From: Lingula anatina | Taxonomy: Eukaryota > Animalia > Brachiopoda | NCBI GenBank assembly: GCA_051362555.1 | Contig: CM120641.1 | Coordinates: 27,782,401-27,846,400, forward strand | Direction: 5' to 3' | Length of the DNA: 64,000 bases | Shown: positions 27,876 to 39,163 of the stretch, piece after piece | How positions within the stretch are numbered: the first letter of the stretch is position 1 | Layout of the letters: every line of letters starts with the position of its first letter | The notes under the pieces: generated by a model | The model's database searches: none | The model's input: the letters and a program-made list of their open reading frames with translations, nothing else | What the model was told of the DNA's origin: nothing | Program-made: the position numbers and the translations under genes

Positions 27876-28029
27876 GTCTTCGCAGCTGTCTCAGATCACC
27901 TAAAATCTACACATAAACCTTAGAACATAAACTGCACTACACATGTATTGAACGTATTGGTTGTCATTATCGAATCAAATACAGACACGACGAGCAAATG
28001 CAAGCCGCTGGCAAGAGCAGCAGGTGTTG

Positions 28030-28039
28030 CACTTCCGGT
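28030..28039. promoter_or_regulatory. ETS-type site (ACCGGAAGTG) in MZB1-like promoter region
   Basis: CACTTCCGGT ~155 bp upstream of the ATG in a locally CpG-richer segment. Confidence 0.45.
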
Positions 28040-29229
28040 AAGTGGTAGAGTGTCTATGTAAGCGCTTATGATTTTCTTCTGACCGGTCAATGGCCCAGGT
28101 CACTGGACATAAAATTTTAATGACATTTATCTGGCTAAGGAACTTATTATTTCTTGTGACAATGAGCAGGAATGATTTGAAAAATGCTATAAGAGCCGAG
28201 CAGTAAAAGAATTTGGCATATGTTTAATTTCTACACCTTAAAGCGAGTTGAAGGGGAGGGGTCAGGGCTCGCCGGGCTACTACTACCCCGTGCATGTAGG
28301 GTCTACTGTATAACTGTTCAGAATTTTTAGCTCGTAGTTACAAGCGTACTAGCATTTAGCACTCTTACATGTATCTATGGTTTCAGATATGTGCTATTAA
28401 GCACATATCGTGCTAGGGTGTCTTATATAACAGCAAAAATATGTTCTTGAAGTCACGGCCCGTGGATATAGCGTTTCATTTCATTCGTGATTAATGGATG
28501 AACTTTAATAAATGAATAAATAATGATAGGCCTAGATGTCTGAAAAAATCAAACATTTACATTTGATCCACCCTTTTTAACTCAAATGTTTTTTTAAACA
28601 ATGTGATCTGATTTTATTTTATCTACAAAATTAGTCTCCTCGACACATACATTTAAATGTCCTATTCTAAAGTTGTTTGAGTAAAATAAAGTCCAACTGA
28701 TTTCAAATTCAATCCCAGTAACAAATTAGTCAGCAACGTCATTTTTATTATTAGTTTTCCATTATGATCTCTTTGAATGCACACTACCAAAGCATTAGGC
28801 CCTACTAATCTCCTTATGAAACATTGCCGACTTTAATAATGTTTTTATTCGTCTCGATGCATCTAAATGAACAGTCTCCATCACGGCGATCTATGAGTGC
28901 ATCATATATGACCACTAGCTCACTGACGGTCCCAGTTTTTTTTTCCTCTGGGGGCCGGGGAGGCAAAAGGATAAATGTGAAAAATGTAGTAGGCTAATGA
29001 AAGCGTAGACGGTGCTGCGAGCAACAGTAAAGAAGGTTTAAAATTAAATCTGTATGTTGATGTTTTGTGTTTAAAAACAGATAAAACAAGTAATTTTTTT
29101 TCAGTGATTTAAGTTACTAGATTTAGGTTGCTAGACTAGAATGTTTTAGGGCCTATATATTGAGAATCGGCGCAAGTTGATTTATTTTTCCGACAATCTC
29201 TCTCTCTGGTGACACTTTCGATGTACACT

Positions 29230-29714
29230 GAAATCGGGACACTTCAGCACTATTTCAGTCAATTTTTACAGGTGTGTAATTGAATGCATTCTGGCGTGCG
29301 GTTCGAATTATAATATGGTATAGCGGAACAACTGGGGAGGAAAGAAAGAAAGTAACCAACGCTGTAAAAACTGCAAGCAAGATTATCGGGCAGGATCTAA
29401 CCAAGCTGGATGATATTTTTAAAGACAGAATGGAGAAAAGAACCGTCAATACCATGGAAGACTCTTTTCATCCTGCATCATCACTTTTTACGTTTTTTAC
29501 CAAGCAATAGTAGACTTTTAACTTTTAAAGGCAGTAAGTGTTTTTTAAACAGCTTTTATCCAAGTGCAGTGACGCATTTTAATTTGATCTTAAAACTAAA
29601 TCCTTAATTTATCTATTGTATTACTTTTACTCTGTATATTATCAAACTTGCTCCAAAAGGAAAATGATTTCCGATTTTATAATTGGCTAAATAAACTCTT
29701 ATCTTATCTTATCT
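29230..29714 (+). mobile_element. 5'-truncated Rex1/Babar-like LINE 3' end
   Basis: Frameshifted peptide FYRCVIECIL / IIIWYSG...KVTNAVKTASKIIG...DSFHPASSLF / LPSNSR...FLNSFYPSAV typical of the Rex-Babar/L2 RT C-terminus, followed by AATAAA and a (TCTTA)n tail. Confidence 0.82.
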
Positions 29715-30261
29715 ATATTTTATGGGCACATTAGGGAAGAAAAAAGTCAGGACATGTACCGTAGTAACTCCGTGCACACATTTTTAAAAATGTACTGCGC
29801 GTAAAAGGGAGAAAAAATCCAGAATTTTATGTCTACTCAGCCTTGGGAGTTTTACCCCTTGCCTAAAGTCAGCTTGTGTACATACACAAAGGCCAGCCCC
29901 TTCACATCTGAGTGTTATAGCAGTTCGTTTTAAAATATTTCAAATCTTTTAATCATTTCAAAAAATGACAACAAAAGAGTTGTGCCAGAAACGAACTTCT
30001 TTAATGTGAGCTTTTTGATCATATTCTATGTAAATTATCGTGTGCTATATACATTTAAATAATATTTATATGGAAACAGGTTTAACACAGTTGAATGGTA
30101 ATAAAATTAACCCCTCTCAACCCCCTCCTACCCTCCCTTCCCCAATAATCTGAAAAAAACGTAAAATTTGTGTTCGGCTTTGAAATGATTGTTAGATATT
30201 AGAGTTTGAAGCTGTGCTATTGTAAATCTCCTACGCCTCTTCCACAACTCGCAATGTCAAC

Positions 30262-33200
30262 TTAAAAGCAGTGGTAACGGAAAACGCCCTTCTTCTTATT
30301 GCGACCCTTCCTGCCTTTCTTGTTGCCTTTCTTGTCCTTTGCAGTCTGGGGCTTTGCTGCCAACAGCACGTCGGCTTTTGGATCTTTGTCCTCCACGTGG
30401 CCAAGTTTTGCAGATGCAACGTTTTCAGTGGTGTCCGCGAGAACGGTAATTGGCATCTCCTCAGTAAGGCATGTATCGATAGGAGGCTGTAACAGACCAA
30501 TGTGCAATAATGTATACTTTCCTTTACAAAAAAAGTCCTATAGGATCCTATAAGATCCCACAGGATTCTATAGAAAATTGGCCCATTTTCCTTTAGGATC
30601 CTATAGGATCTTATTAGATCCTGTAGGACTTTTTTGTTAAGGTTTTGAGTATGCAATTTACTGCTGGCCTGCTGATGCAAAACCATGCTTCAGTATTTAT
30701 TTACGCTTCTTAGATGTTGGATTTGTTTAAATCTAATTACTCCATAATTTAGAAAGATATTGCATACGATATTGAAATTAATCCACTTTAATAATTCAAC
30801 ATGAAGAGCACAAAGTACTGAATTTCATTTGTACACGGCCTGCGTTATTCATTTGCCAACCTCTTTCTTCTCTTCCTCCAGAATGGCTGTCTCAGGGACA
30901 ACTGTGCTGTCGTCTGCTGAGCCTGCCTCAGCCTGAATGCTGGTGTCTTCAAGGATGGCATTGGGCTTCTCGTCCATGGAGAGGGCAATGTCTTCCAGTC
31001 TCTTGAGCATGGCCCCATCTCCTTCGTCGCCATCTTCCTTTGGAAATACCTTGATTAAAAGCTGTGTCTGAAAAATACACTAGCTTAATGCAAAATGTTA
31101 CATGTACATGTACATTGTATAACCCATATTAATGATCTTCCTAATTTTATGGTTGTGCATTATGCTTTCCAAATTCCAGTCCATGATTTAGCAACAGACC
31201 AATATACATGGTGCGGCTAGGTTGTGTTTAATACGATGTCAACAATAAAACCAATAATATTGCGATATAACAAAGAAAGAAAGAGGAAATCAAAACATTT
31301 TTTACGCAAAATGATATATCTATTTACAAACCTCCTTTGTCATCAAGGATTCCAGAACGTCTGCCTTTGGAGGATCCGTGCGATCTTTATTTGCACGCAC
31401 ATCTTCTGTAACAGAGAAAACGATAAGACTGGTAACAGTTTACGAAATTTCAAAAACAAAGATGAAAACTGCAAACGATTTTTTTAACGATGTTTTATTT
31501 ATTTATTTACTTATTTTATTTGAGTTATGTTATTTATTAAGAAGAAAAGAAGGGACATGATCAGAAAAATATACAATGGTAGCTGGAACAGGACAGTTGA
31601 AAAGCTGACAATTTTTAAATACAAGAAAAGTGACATTTCTACTCGAATCATTTTTGCTGAAAAAAAGATTCACGGACCTTCCATTTGACGAAGCTTTTCT
31701 TTCATCTGGTTTATCTCGTCTTCAAGGCGTTTCAGGTGGGAAGTATCAGTCTGTAATAAGAACCAAGCTGTTTTCAATGCATAGAAAAAAATTTCCGGCC
31801 AACAAACAATCCATTTCAATTGATGGAGATATCTGGTGTTAACAGATATATTGTACACGTTTGCGAGTTGCCCAAATATCATTAGATTTAAAAAGAATAA
31901 AACCATGACAGATGAATGGACCGACAACAAACACAAAATGGAACCATTAACGAATCGTTTACCTTTTCTTCTTCGACGTGGACAGGTTTTGTACCGCTTT
32001 TGTCCCCTCCTGCAGGAGTATCTGCATCTATAATGTAACATTTTTATTTAAGTTAACAAATAAGGGAAATGAGAAATAGCTGAGAATTAAAGTATCACAG
32101 GCAAAAAAGTACACCGTTTCTATAAGGGTTACCCTAGGTTCTAGATTCCGGTATTTCCAGCTCGATCTTGATTTTATATATAACCCATATTAGCAATACT
32201 AGTAAAAATGACTCCAAGGTATATTTAATATTTACAAGCTAATTTTTACGTTGCTCTGACACTCAGGGTAATAAGGGTAGACATCAACATAGAATGATCG
32301 ATTACAGAATAACAGAATATGCTATAATCAGGACTTTTAAAACGGATGACAAAATGCATGACAAAGACAGATCAACAATATTCAGCAAATAAACAACGGA
32401 ATGTATTATTAAACGAAAACACACAATTCCAAATCACAAATCTATCTGCTTCTTTATTATTACAAACCTCCTGTTATCCTGATCACGATAGGCCCTACTT
32501 CTTCATATGTATTGCCCAGTCCTGTCAATCCATCAGGTGGCTGAATAATGAGTTAAAATTCAATGTAAAACTATGTAAACAATGTTACAATTTACTTAAA
32601 AGTAAATCTAATCGTAAAGGAGGGTCGTCGGATTGGGGGGGGGGGGGGGGGGGATAGTCCAAAATCCTGCATTCCCCCCCAAAATTATCATTAAAACTGG
32701 ACGCAGTTGTCAACACAAGAAATGGTTGGCCGTACATCAAATGGAAATCGACCGCAAGGATTACATTATATAGGCATATATATTAAAGAACAGAAGGCCC
32801 TTACCTTTGCCCCCAGAAGTCCATTGAGTCTGTCAATTTCATCATGTTGACGAGATATGGTCAACATCAGTCCAGCAACACGATTCACCATTGCTTCTTT
32901 CTCCCATTTCAGCAGCTTTTTGTCCTCTTTCTCGTGTTGAAATTCTTTTTCTAATTGAGCCATTCTGATGGACAATTTGTCCATCCTTTCCGCGTTTATC
33001 TGGCGTTCGCTGCCCAAGAAATCTGAGAAAAGAATAAGTCGGTTTATACAGCAGCATAAGAGTACGGTCCCAGAACAGTCGCCGAGTCATTTAATTTCTT
33101 TAACCGTATAAAGTTTGACATCATGACAATAGAAAATCACTGTTTGGATTAAATAAATTGCTATTTATACTTGGTATAGTTATTTTGACGTTTTCCAAAA

Positions 33201-34641
33201 TCTTTCTTTTTTTCTGTATTCAAGTTCAATCATCGGTTTGCTATTTATCCATTAAATGATATCATTTATTAGCGAAATATTAATCAAATATACTAAACTG
33301 ATATTAAGGGTCAGGAAAAGAATATCTTCCAGGGGAAATTACCGCCTACAGTTCACTCCAACTACCAATAGCTTCTTCTACAAACCTTTGACAGAGTTGA
33401 AATGAATCACACACATACACACGCACGCACACACGCACGCGCGCGCACACACACACACACTCACACACACACAAACACACACACACACACAATAAATAAA
33501 TAAACAAATAAATAAATAACTGTGAATCTATCCCTTAAACCGGAATGTTTGAACAATTTTTTAAGAATTACTTACCGATACGTTTCTCCAAATCCGCTAT
33601 TTTGGAAGTAGTTATAGTTGTTATAGTATCTGCACATACGACAGCCTCTTTGGTGTTCTGGAGGGCACTTTTGTTCGTGTTCACTTTATTTAACACTTCA
33701 TCCATTTGGCATTTCAATACCATAAGGTGGTGGTTAATTTTTGCACGTTCTAGTTCATTCGAAACCTCGATAGCTCCTTTCTTCCGAATCTTAAATAGAC
33801 CTAAAATTGGCAAATTGGCACAGTTGAACATTGGGTTTTATTCCCTAGAATTAGGTTGTCTGTTTTTCTGATATGATTTTTACATTACTGCTACCCCTAT
33901 TTTTTTTACATGTTTATGTCAACGAGTATGTAGTTGCCCCAATGTGTAAGTCGATTTTTTGTATTTCAACGTGTATCCCGTCCTCTCCAAGTTCTCCGAA
34001 TTAATTATGTATTTACATTAAATGAGTTATGTAATTAAGAAAGTACCGAGAGTATTTTACTCGGATATGTAGAGGGCAATAGTAAATCAAATCCATTCTG
34101 CATGATGTTTAGAGATTTATATGCACACCAGCTCGCAGTGGCGGATTTAGTGGGATGTCAGGGAGGCCTGACCCGCCCCCTTCGATTTCTGAAAAAATCA
34201 CACTAATATTTCCCCCTTGAAATTAGAATTTTGACCAGGTAAATCACAGATCTAAACCATACAAAATGGCACCGTTCGCGTACTAAAATACAAAAAAAAA
34301 AAAAAAAAAAATTCGGGCCCTTTTAATCCCACGCCAGGAGGGTGTCGACTTCCCATCCTCGGACCCCCCCCCCCCCCCTACAATCTTCAAATAATCCTGG
34401 ATCCGCTCCTGAGCTCGAATAATTCTGTATCTTTGTGGGCAGTCCCATTATACGATAAATTCTTGGTCTTCCCGATTATATTCAATTATACCCTAAACAA
34501 TTTATGTTCAGTAAATCAAATCGCATTTAAAGCATAGACAGAAGAAAAATGAGTAATACATTTCATCATATTTTTACATATGTTCGTATCTTACACTAAA
34601 AATATTTTGGTGAAAGAGAGCCAAAAAAATTACTCACCCAT
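30262..34641 (-). CDS. Uncharacterised 387-aa protein with N-terminal coiled coil, acidic middle and polybasic C-terminus; 9 coding exons
   Basis: Exons 34638-34641 (ATG G/gtgagt), 33576-33800, 32805-33022, 32468-32540, 31963-32027, 31678-31750, 31332-31405, 30861-31067, 30262-30486. All GT-AG and phase compatible, 1164 nt with no internal stop. Begins MGLFKIRKKG, ends KKGNKKGRKGRNKKKGVFRYHCF. Confidence 0.8.
30521..30643. mobile_element. Palindromic MITE with 10-bp ATCCTATAGG sub-repeats
   Basis: CCTTTACAAAAAAAGTCCTATAGGATC mirrored by GATCCTGTAGGACTTTTTTTGTTAAGG. Confidence 0.75.
32130..32270. mobile_element. 141-bp non-autonomous DNA element with 8-bp TSD; second copy at 62349-62495
   Basis: Ends TACCCTAG...TCAGGGTA; perfect ATAAGGGT duplication at 32122-32129 and 32271-32278. 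Confidence 0.9.
33408..33518. repeat. (CA)n/(CG) compound microsatellite followed by (AAAT)n
   Basis: Direct reading of sequence. Confidence 0.9.
34136..34411. mobile_element. hAT-like MITE with 6-bp TSD
   Basis: TIR CAGTGGCGGAT / ATCCGCTCCTG; AGCTCG duplicated on both flanks. Confidence 0.8.
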
Positions 34642-34675
34642 TGTCACGTATTCGGAAATTCTAAATTACCTTGGT

Positions 34676-34775
34676 AACGTGGTGATTGTGCTTATCAAGA
34701 CAAGCCACGTTCATTATGGCGTCACGTTTTCTCACGTCATATTGTAATGAAATGGCGGCTTCGATTATGACGTCA
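34676..34775 (-). promoter_or_regulatory. Putative promoter of the orphan gene with CRE/ACGT-core cluster
   Basis: Perfect TGACGTCA at 34768-34775, further CACGTCA, GCGTCACGT and GCCACGT motifs, and AAATGGCGGC, all within 135 bp upstream of the ATG. Confidence 0.5.
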
Positions 34776-36944
34776 ACATTTAGAAGAGCGCTCTTTTTGC
34801 TGTACAACTGATACTTTTTAAGTTATTATCGTTTTATTATTTCTGCTGAAATGTTATATAGTAACGTGGGTGTCCATTTTATCCCATAGAATTTTATATA
34901 CGATTTCATAAAACTATATTCAATATCATTCATTATTAATTTCTAGCTTGATGAATGCTCTATGTAAAGTACTTTAAAAATAAATCATTAGAATGAGGCC
35001 TTTGAAAATTTATGTTATGAATGAGAATAATTTTACTTCATATTATCTATGTTCTTTTCTGTTAATTATGTATTTGATACTGTGTATACGCAAATCTAAC
35101 GCTACTGTATACGCTTCATTGTTAATATGAAAATGAATGGTATCCTTAAAAAAAGTTATCATTACAGCTGCTGTTGGAAAAGCCCATCGTTATAAATTTC
35201 AGCGAGGAATTCAGATGATTAATTTCTTTTAATTCAACTTATTTATAGATAGTGCAAGAATATAAATATCTGTTGTTGATATTGACTTGAGCTGTGCAAG
35301 CTGGTCCGCTCTTGGTCAGGTTTATAAAAATAACGGAATTGAAAGTGATAACTTCGGGAATAATAGGCAATGCCCATGGTGTGTATTGGAACAATTTTAT
35401 TAATTGGCTGGAATATTACTAAAAATAAAAAAAAAAACTAAAAATAATGAACTTCCGCAAAAGACATAAGGATAACATAAGGATGACACCGCGAAAATAA
35501 CCTCAAGCTATTTATTGCGTTATATTAAATAAACATTCTATATATTTTCTAAAACGTTAGCTTTCCGATTAGTTGCAAATATTCTTTTTCTACGAAACTA
35601 GATCGATTGGAGAATGCAAGGTGGTGCCTCGAGCGACAGTAACGAAGGTTTAAAATTTAGCTTATCTACGTTTCTTTGTGTCGTAACGGATAAATCTAGT
35701 AAACATTTTCCCGCTCGCTAACTTTTGATAATATCTGAAAAAATGTCTAATGGACCTACATTTTGGTATGTAATCACACTGGCGGAGCAAGGATTATGGG
35801 ATTCATTTTTGGGATGGGAGACGGGGCAATAAAAGGAGCAGATTGAGTAAGAAAAAGAGGTTCTCCGTATATGAAAAAGTAAGCAATTTTACTTTTACTG
35901 ATTTTTCTGAGAAAAAAAAAGAAAAAAAACAGCATGTTATTTGCCGATTGACCCAGTCAACGAGTGGGAAGTTGGTTTTATTTCTTGTATGTAACGATTT
36001 GAACAGTATTAAAATTGACAAATTTTTTCTAAATACATTACATAACTGAAAGTACATAAAGAACTGCTCATACATGTACATGTAGTAACTGAATATTACC
36101 TATGATCCGACATCAGTACGAATATATGAATAACATTAACAATTGAAAAACAAAGTTAAGCTAAAGTGTAATAAAATACGTTATACTACTACGAACTAAT
36201 ATTGGCTGAGAATGCAAGTACAATCGAAATCTACAATAGTTTCCTATTAAAACGCCATCCTAGAAAAAATACAGTTTAACTGAAAACTGTCCATAACCAC
36301 ACGAGTCAGTTGGCAACAAGGACTCGATTGCGCAAAACATCCACCTTCTAAAATGTAGATATTTAGGAACAAACATGTCAGACCTCAACTTAACATACTT
36401 GCAAACTAAACTAAGCTATAATAATCGATAATTAATTACTTTTCTCAATAGTAAATTTAGCAGGGCCCGTTATCAACCCCCTCACTGCCTCCTACGCTTA
36501 TAGCCAAAAAGAAGCACAAAAGTGTCTGGCAGTAAATATACGTACCGAATGGTTCCTTTACATCAGATTTCATTTATATACAACAAGTAAGGAATAAAGC
36601 AAGCTTGCTTTGAAAAACTTGATCATCGGTATAATCTCAAATTATAACTGTCCACATCAAATTTCGACTATCAAAACTGCCAAAAGGAACTTGTGATGAT
36701 GTAGTCATTTGTCAACAGAACACTTGAGAAAATCGTAATGTTAGTAAGCTGTTATCCTCTCTTAAAGAATGACTGTGTGCACCCAGCATCCTTCAAGAAG
36801 AGCATGCACCGTGTATAACCTGTAACGCAATGATTCTCCCCAATGCTTAACCATTTCATTACAGATTTTACACAAGCTTTCTGTGTAAAAACTCTTCAAG
36901 TAAAAATATTTACTTCAAGTGAGATTTTACAAAGATGGTTTGCA

Positions 36945-37022
36945 GCGACAACTCCTGGTGCGACGACAGCACCAGAAGGCGACGTGTAGGGTTACGGTTA
37001 GGGTTATGGCGAGGGTTAGGTG
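36945..37022. repeat. Short hairpin plus degenerate (TTAGGG)-like tract, probable small mobile-element remnant
   Basis: CTGGTGCGACGACAGCACCAG hairpin followed by GTAGGGTTACGGTTAGGGTTATGGCGAGGGTTAGG. Confidence 0.45.
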
Positions 37023-38149
37023 GTGATCTTCTCAAAGGCTATGTTGACAAATTCTACGCCATCAGAAGTACATGTATTTTTCGAAATCCTCATTTTCACT
37101 GGATCAATAAAAACGCGGACAATTACAACTGAGTAAGACTAATGGTCTTATGACCATTTCTAATGAGCTGCAGGCATCTTGATGTTTGAGAATATAATTG
37201 TAGTAACAAATTGTGCAAATCAAGCAATCTTAATTCTAACTAATTAAAATTTCTTCAAACAAGTGAAAAAATAGAACTAATTCATCCTTGAACAACCGCA
37301 ATAAAATGCATATTGAACAAAACAAAAAACTCAATGCCTTTGAAATTATTTGCAAGAACAATTTTTGTAGAGTGGCAGTAACACTTTCAACATAGATGTA
37401 CAGAAGCGAATGTGCATTGTGCAGGTCTGAAATCCATGACCCGAAATCTCTAGAATTCTCAGTTGTGGAAAATTTTTGGTATGAGATGCATTTCTTTATT
37501 TGCTCAGTTTTTTTAGCTCCTTGAATTTGTTTGCAGAACAAGCCGTTTTCTCCAAAATCAAGATTGCGAATTCCGCCGCACCAAATCCTGCAATAAATTT
37601 ATAAACTAAATAAACTAAGTAAACTAATATCAAGCAAAGTTTAAACTTATAACATCATTGCAGTTGCTATGTTTCTGTATTAAAGGGGTAAAGGGGTAAT
37701 TTTCATGGGCGATATTTCGAAAAACCACGGTATATAGATAGATACATACCATTTACTATTTGGTAATGTGGATTCCTTGAAAGTTATCAGGAAAAAAAGC
37801 ACTCGTCAGCTGACGTCTGAAGCATCAAGACTTGAACGGCACTGCGTTACTTGGAATATAGAGGCACAGTGTAGCCTGAAATTGAAATTATTATCTTTAT
37901 TATCGTCAAAAAGATGGAGGGCATTGGGATGCTCGAAACAAATTATCAAGTTTATGCGTTTTGAAAGTCAGTAAACACGACAGGGCAAGCAAAGGACATT
38001 CGTTACAGCATGAAAGCACTGTCAACAGCACCTTAAATGAATATACAGCTCCTTGGGTAAATGTTTATAACAACTTACTTCCAAAACGTTTGTTTTCAAA
38101 CAACTTCTATCAAACCTTTGTTTCAGAAAAGCATCTTGCCTTGAATTAG

Positions 38150-38920
38150 TGTGACAAACAGCTCCAGGAGCACCGTCTGCTTCTACAATTTCTCTTGGGC
38201 ACCATGTGGAAAGCGAGCCTTTGCGTGAAAAGCATTTTTTCACGGGGTTTGGTCAAGAGTCAGCATTATCCTTCTCTGAGCATCATTTCTGTAAGGCCTC
38301 TGATGCGGGTAGCCTAAAATTCAAATTGTATTCCGTAGTTTAGGCGAGTGTGGAGGGAAATGCTTGAACCGTACACGTACCAAAGTATGGACACTTAGTA
38401 AGTTGAGGGAAATAAGACAAGATAGCAAGATTATTTTCATCGTGGATGCATTCATTTTAATGTTTAGCTTGGAAACTGTTCCATATGCAGAATATGAAGC
38501 ATTTCACATCTGGGGAAAGATTATCGATTTCTAATAATATATTTCAAAGGATACCTAGTTATTTGCTTTCCCGACAACTTGCATTGAAACATTTCCCATC
38601 CCAATGGTGTGGCAAGGGCTGGATAAAGGAGTACCGTCTGCTTCAGTAGCTTCCTTTAGTACCATGTGAAGGCAGACCTTCCTAGGAGTGTGCCATGAGA
38701 AACGGTGCGTACTGGGGGTTTGGTCAAGAGTTGGAATGGTTCTTTCTTGTGATCCACTTATGTAAATCTTCTGCTTTTGTTAGCCTAAAATTTTGAATTA
38801 ATTGAATTAGAATGCTTGTAACGTACGCGTGTAATAAGTATGGAAAGCTCGTGAGTGCGTTAATGCTTGGGATATATAAAGCCAAGCAAGCAAGAATATT
38901 TTCGTCATAAAATATTTTCA
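38150..38920. repeat. Diverged two-copy tandem duplication (~470-bp period)
   Basis: Shared blocks GGAG(C/T)ACCGTCTGCTTC, ACCATGTG, GGGGTTTGGTCAAGAGT, TAGCCTAAAATT, AATGCTTG, AAGTATGGA in both copies. Confidence 0.85.
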
Positions 38921-39163
38921 ATCCTTAGGATGGATACCCCCCCCCCCCCAAAAAAAAAAAAAATAAATAAAACACAGTAATAATGATCTTCTAAAAATTG
39001 TCAACTCATAGACGTTTTCAAGCATTAAACTTTGTTTCATATATTTTCCATTGGTGGATGATATGATCCAGTTTATTTAATATGCTTGTATTTCTACAAG
39101 AATGTTACCTACACCTTTTTGTAGTCAAAAGCTAATGAGATGTCATCTCGTTACCAATGTTAG

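Noticed and set aside
27942-27961. ERSE element upstream of the MZB1-like gene
   Set aside because: CCAAT-N9 is followed by ACATG, not CCACG.
36985-37022. Interstitial telomere
   Set aside because: Too short and degenerate; such tracts are common inside small invertebrate mobile elements.
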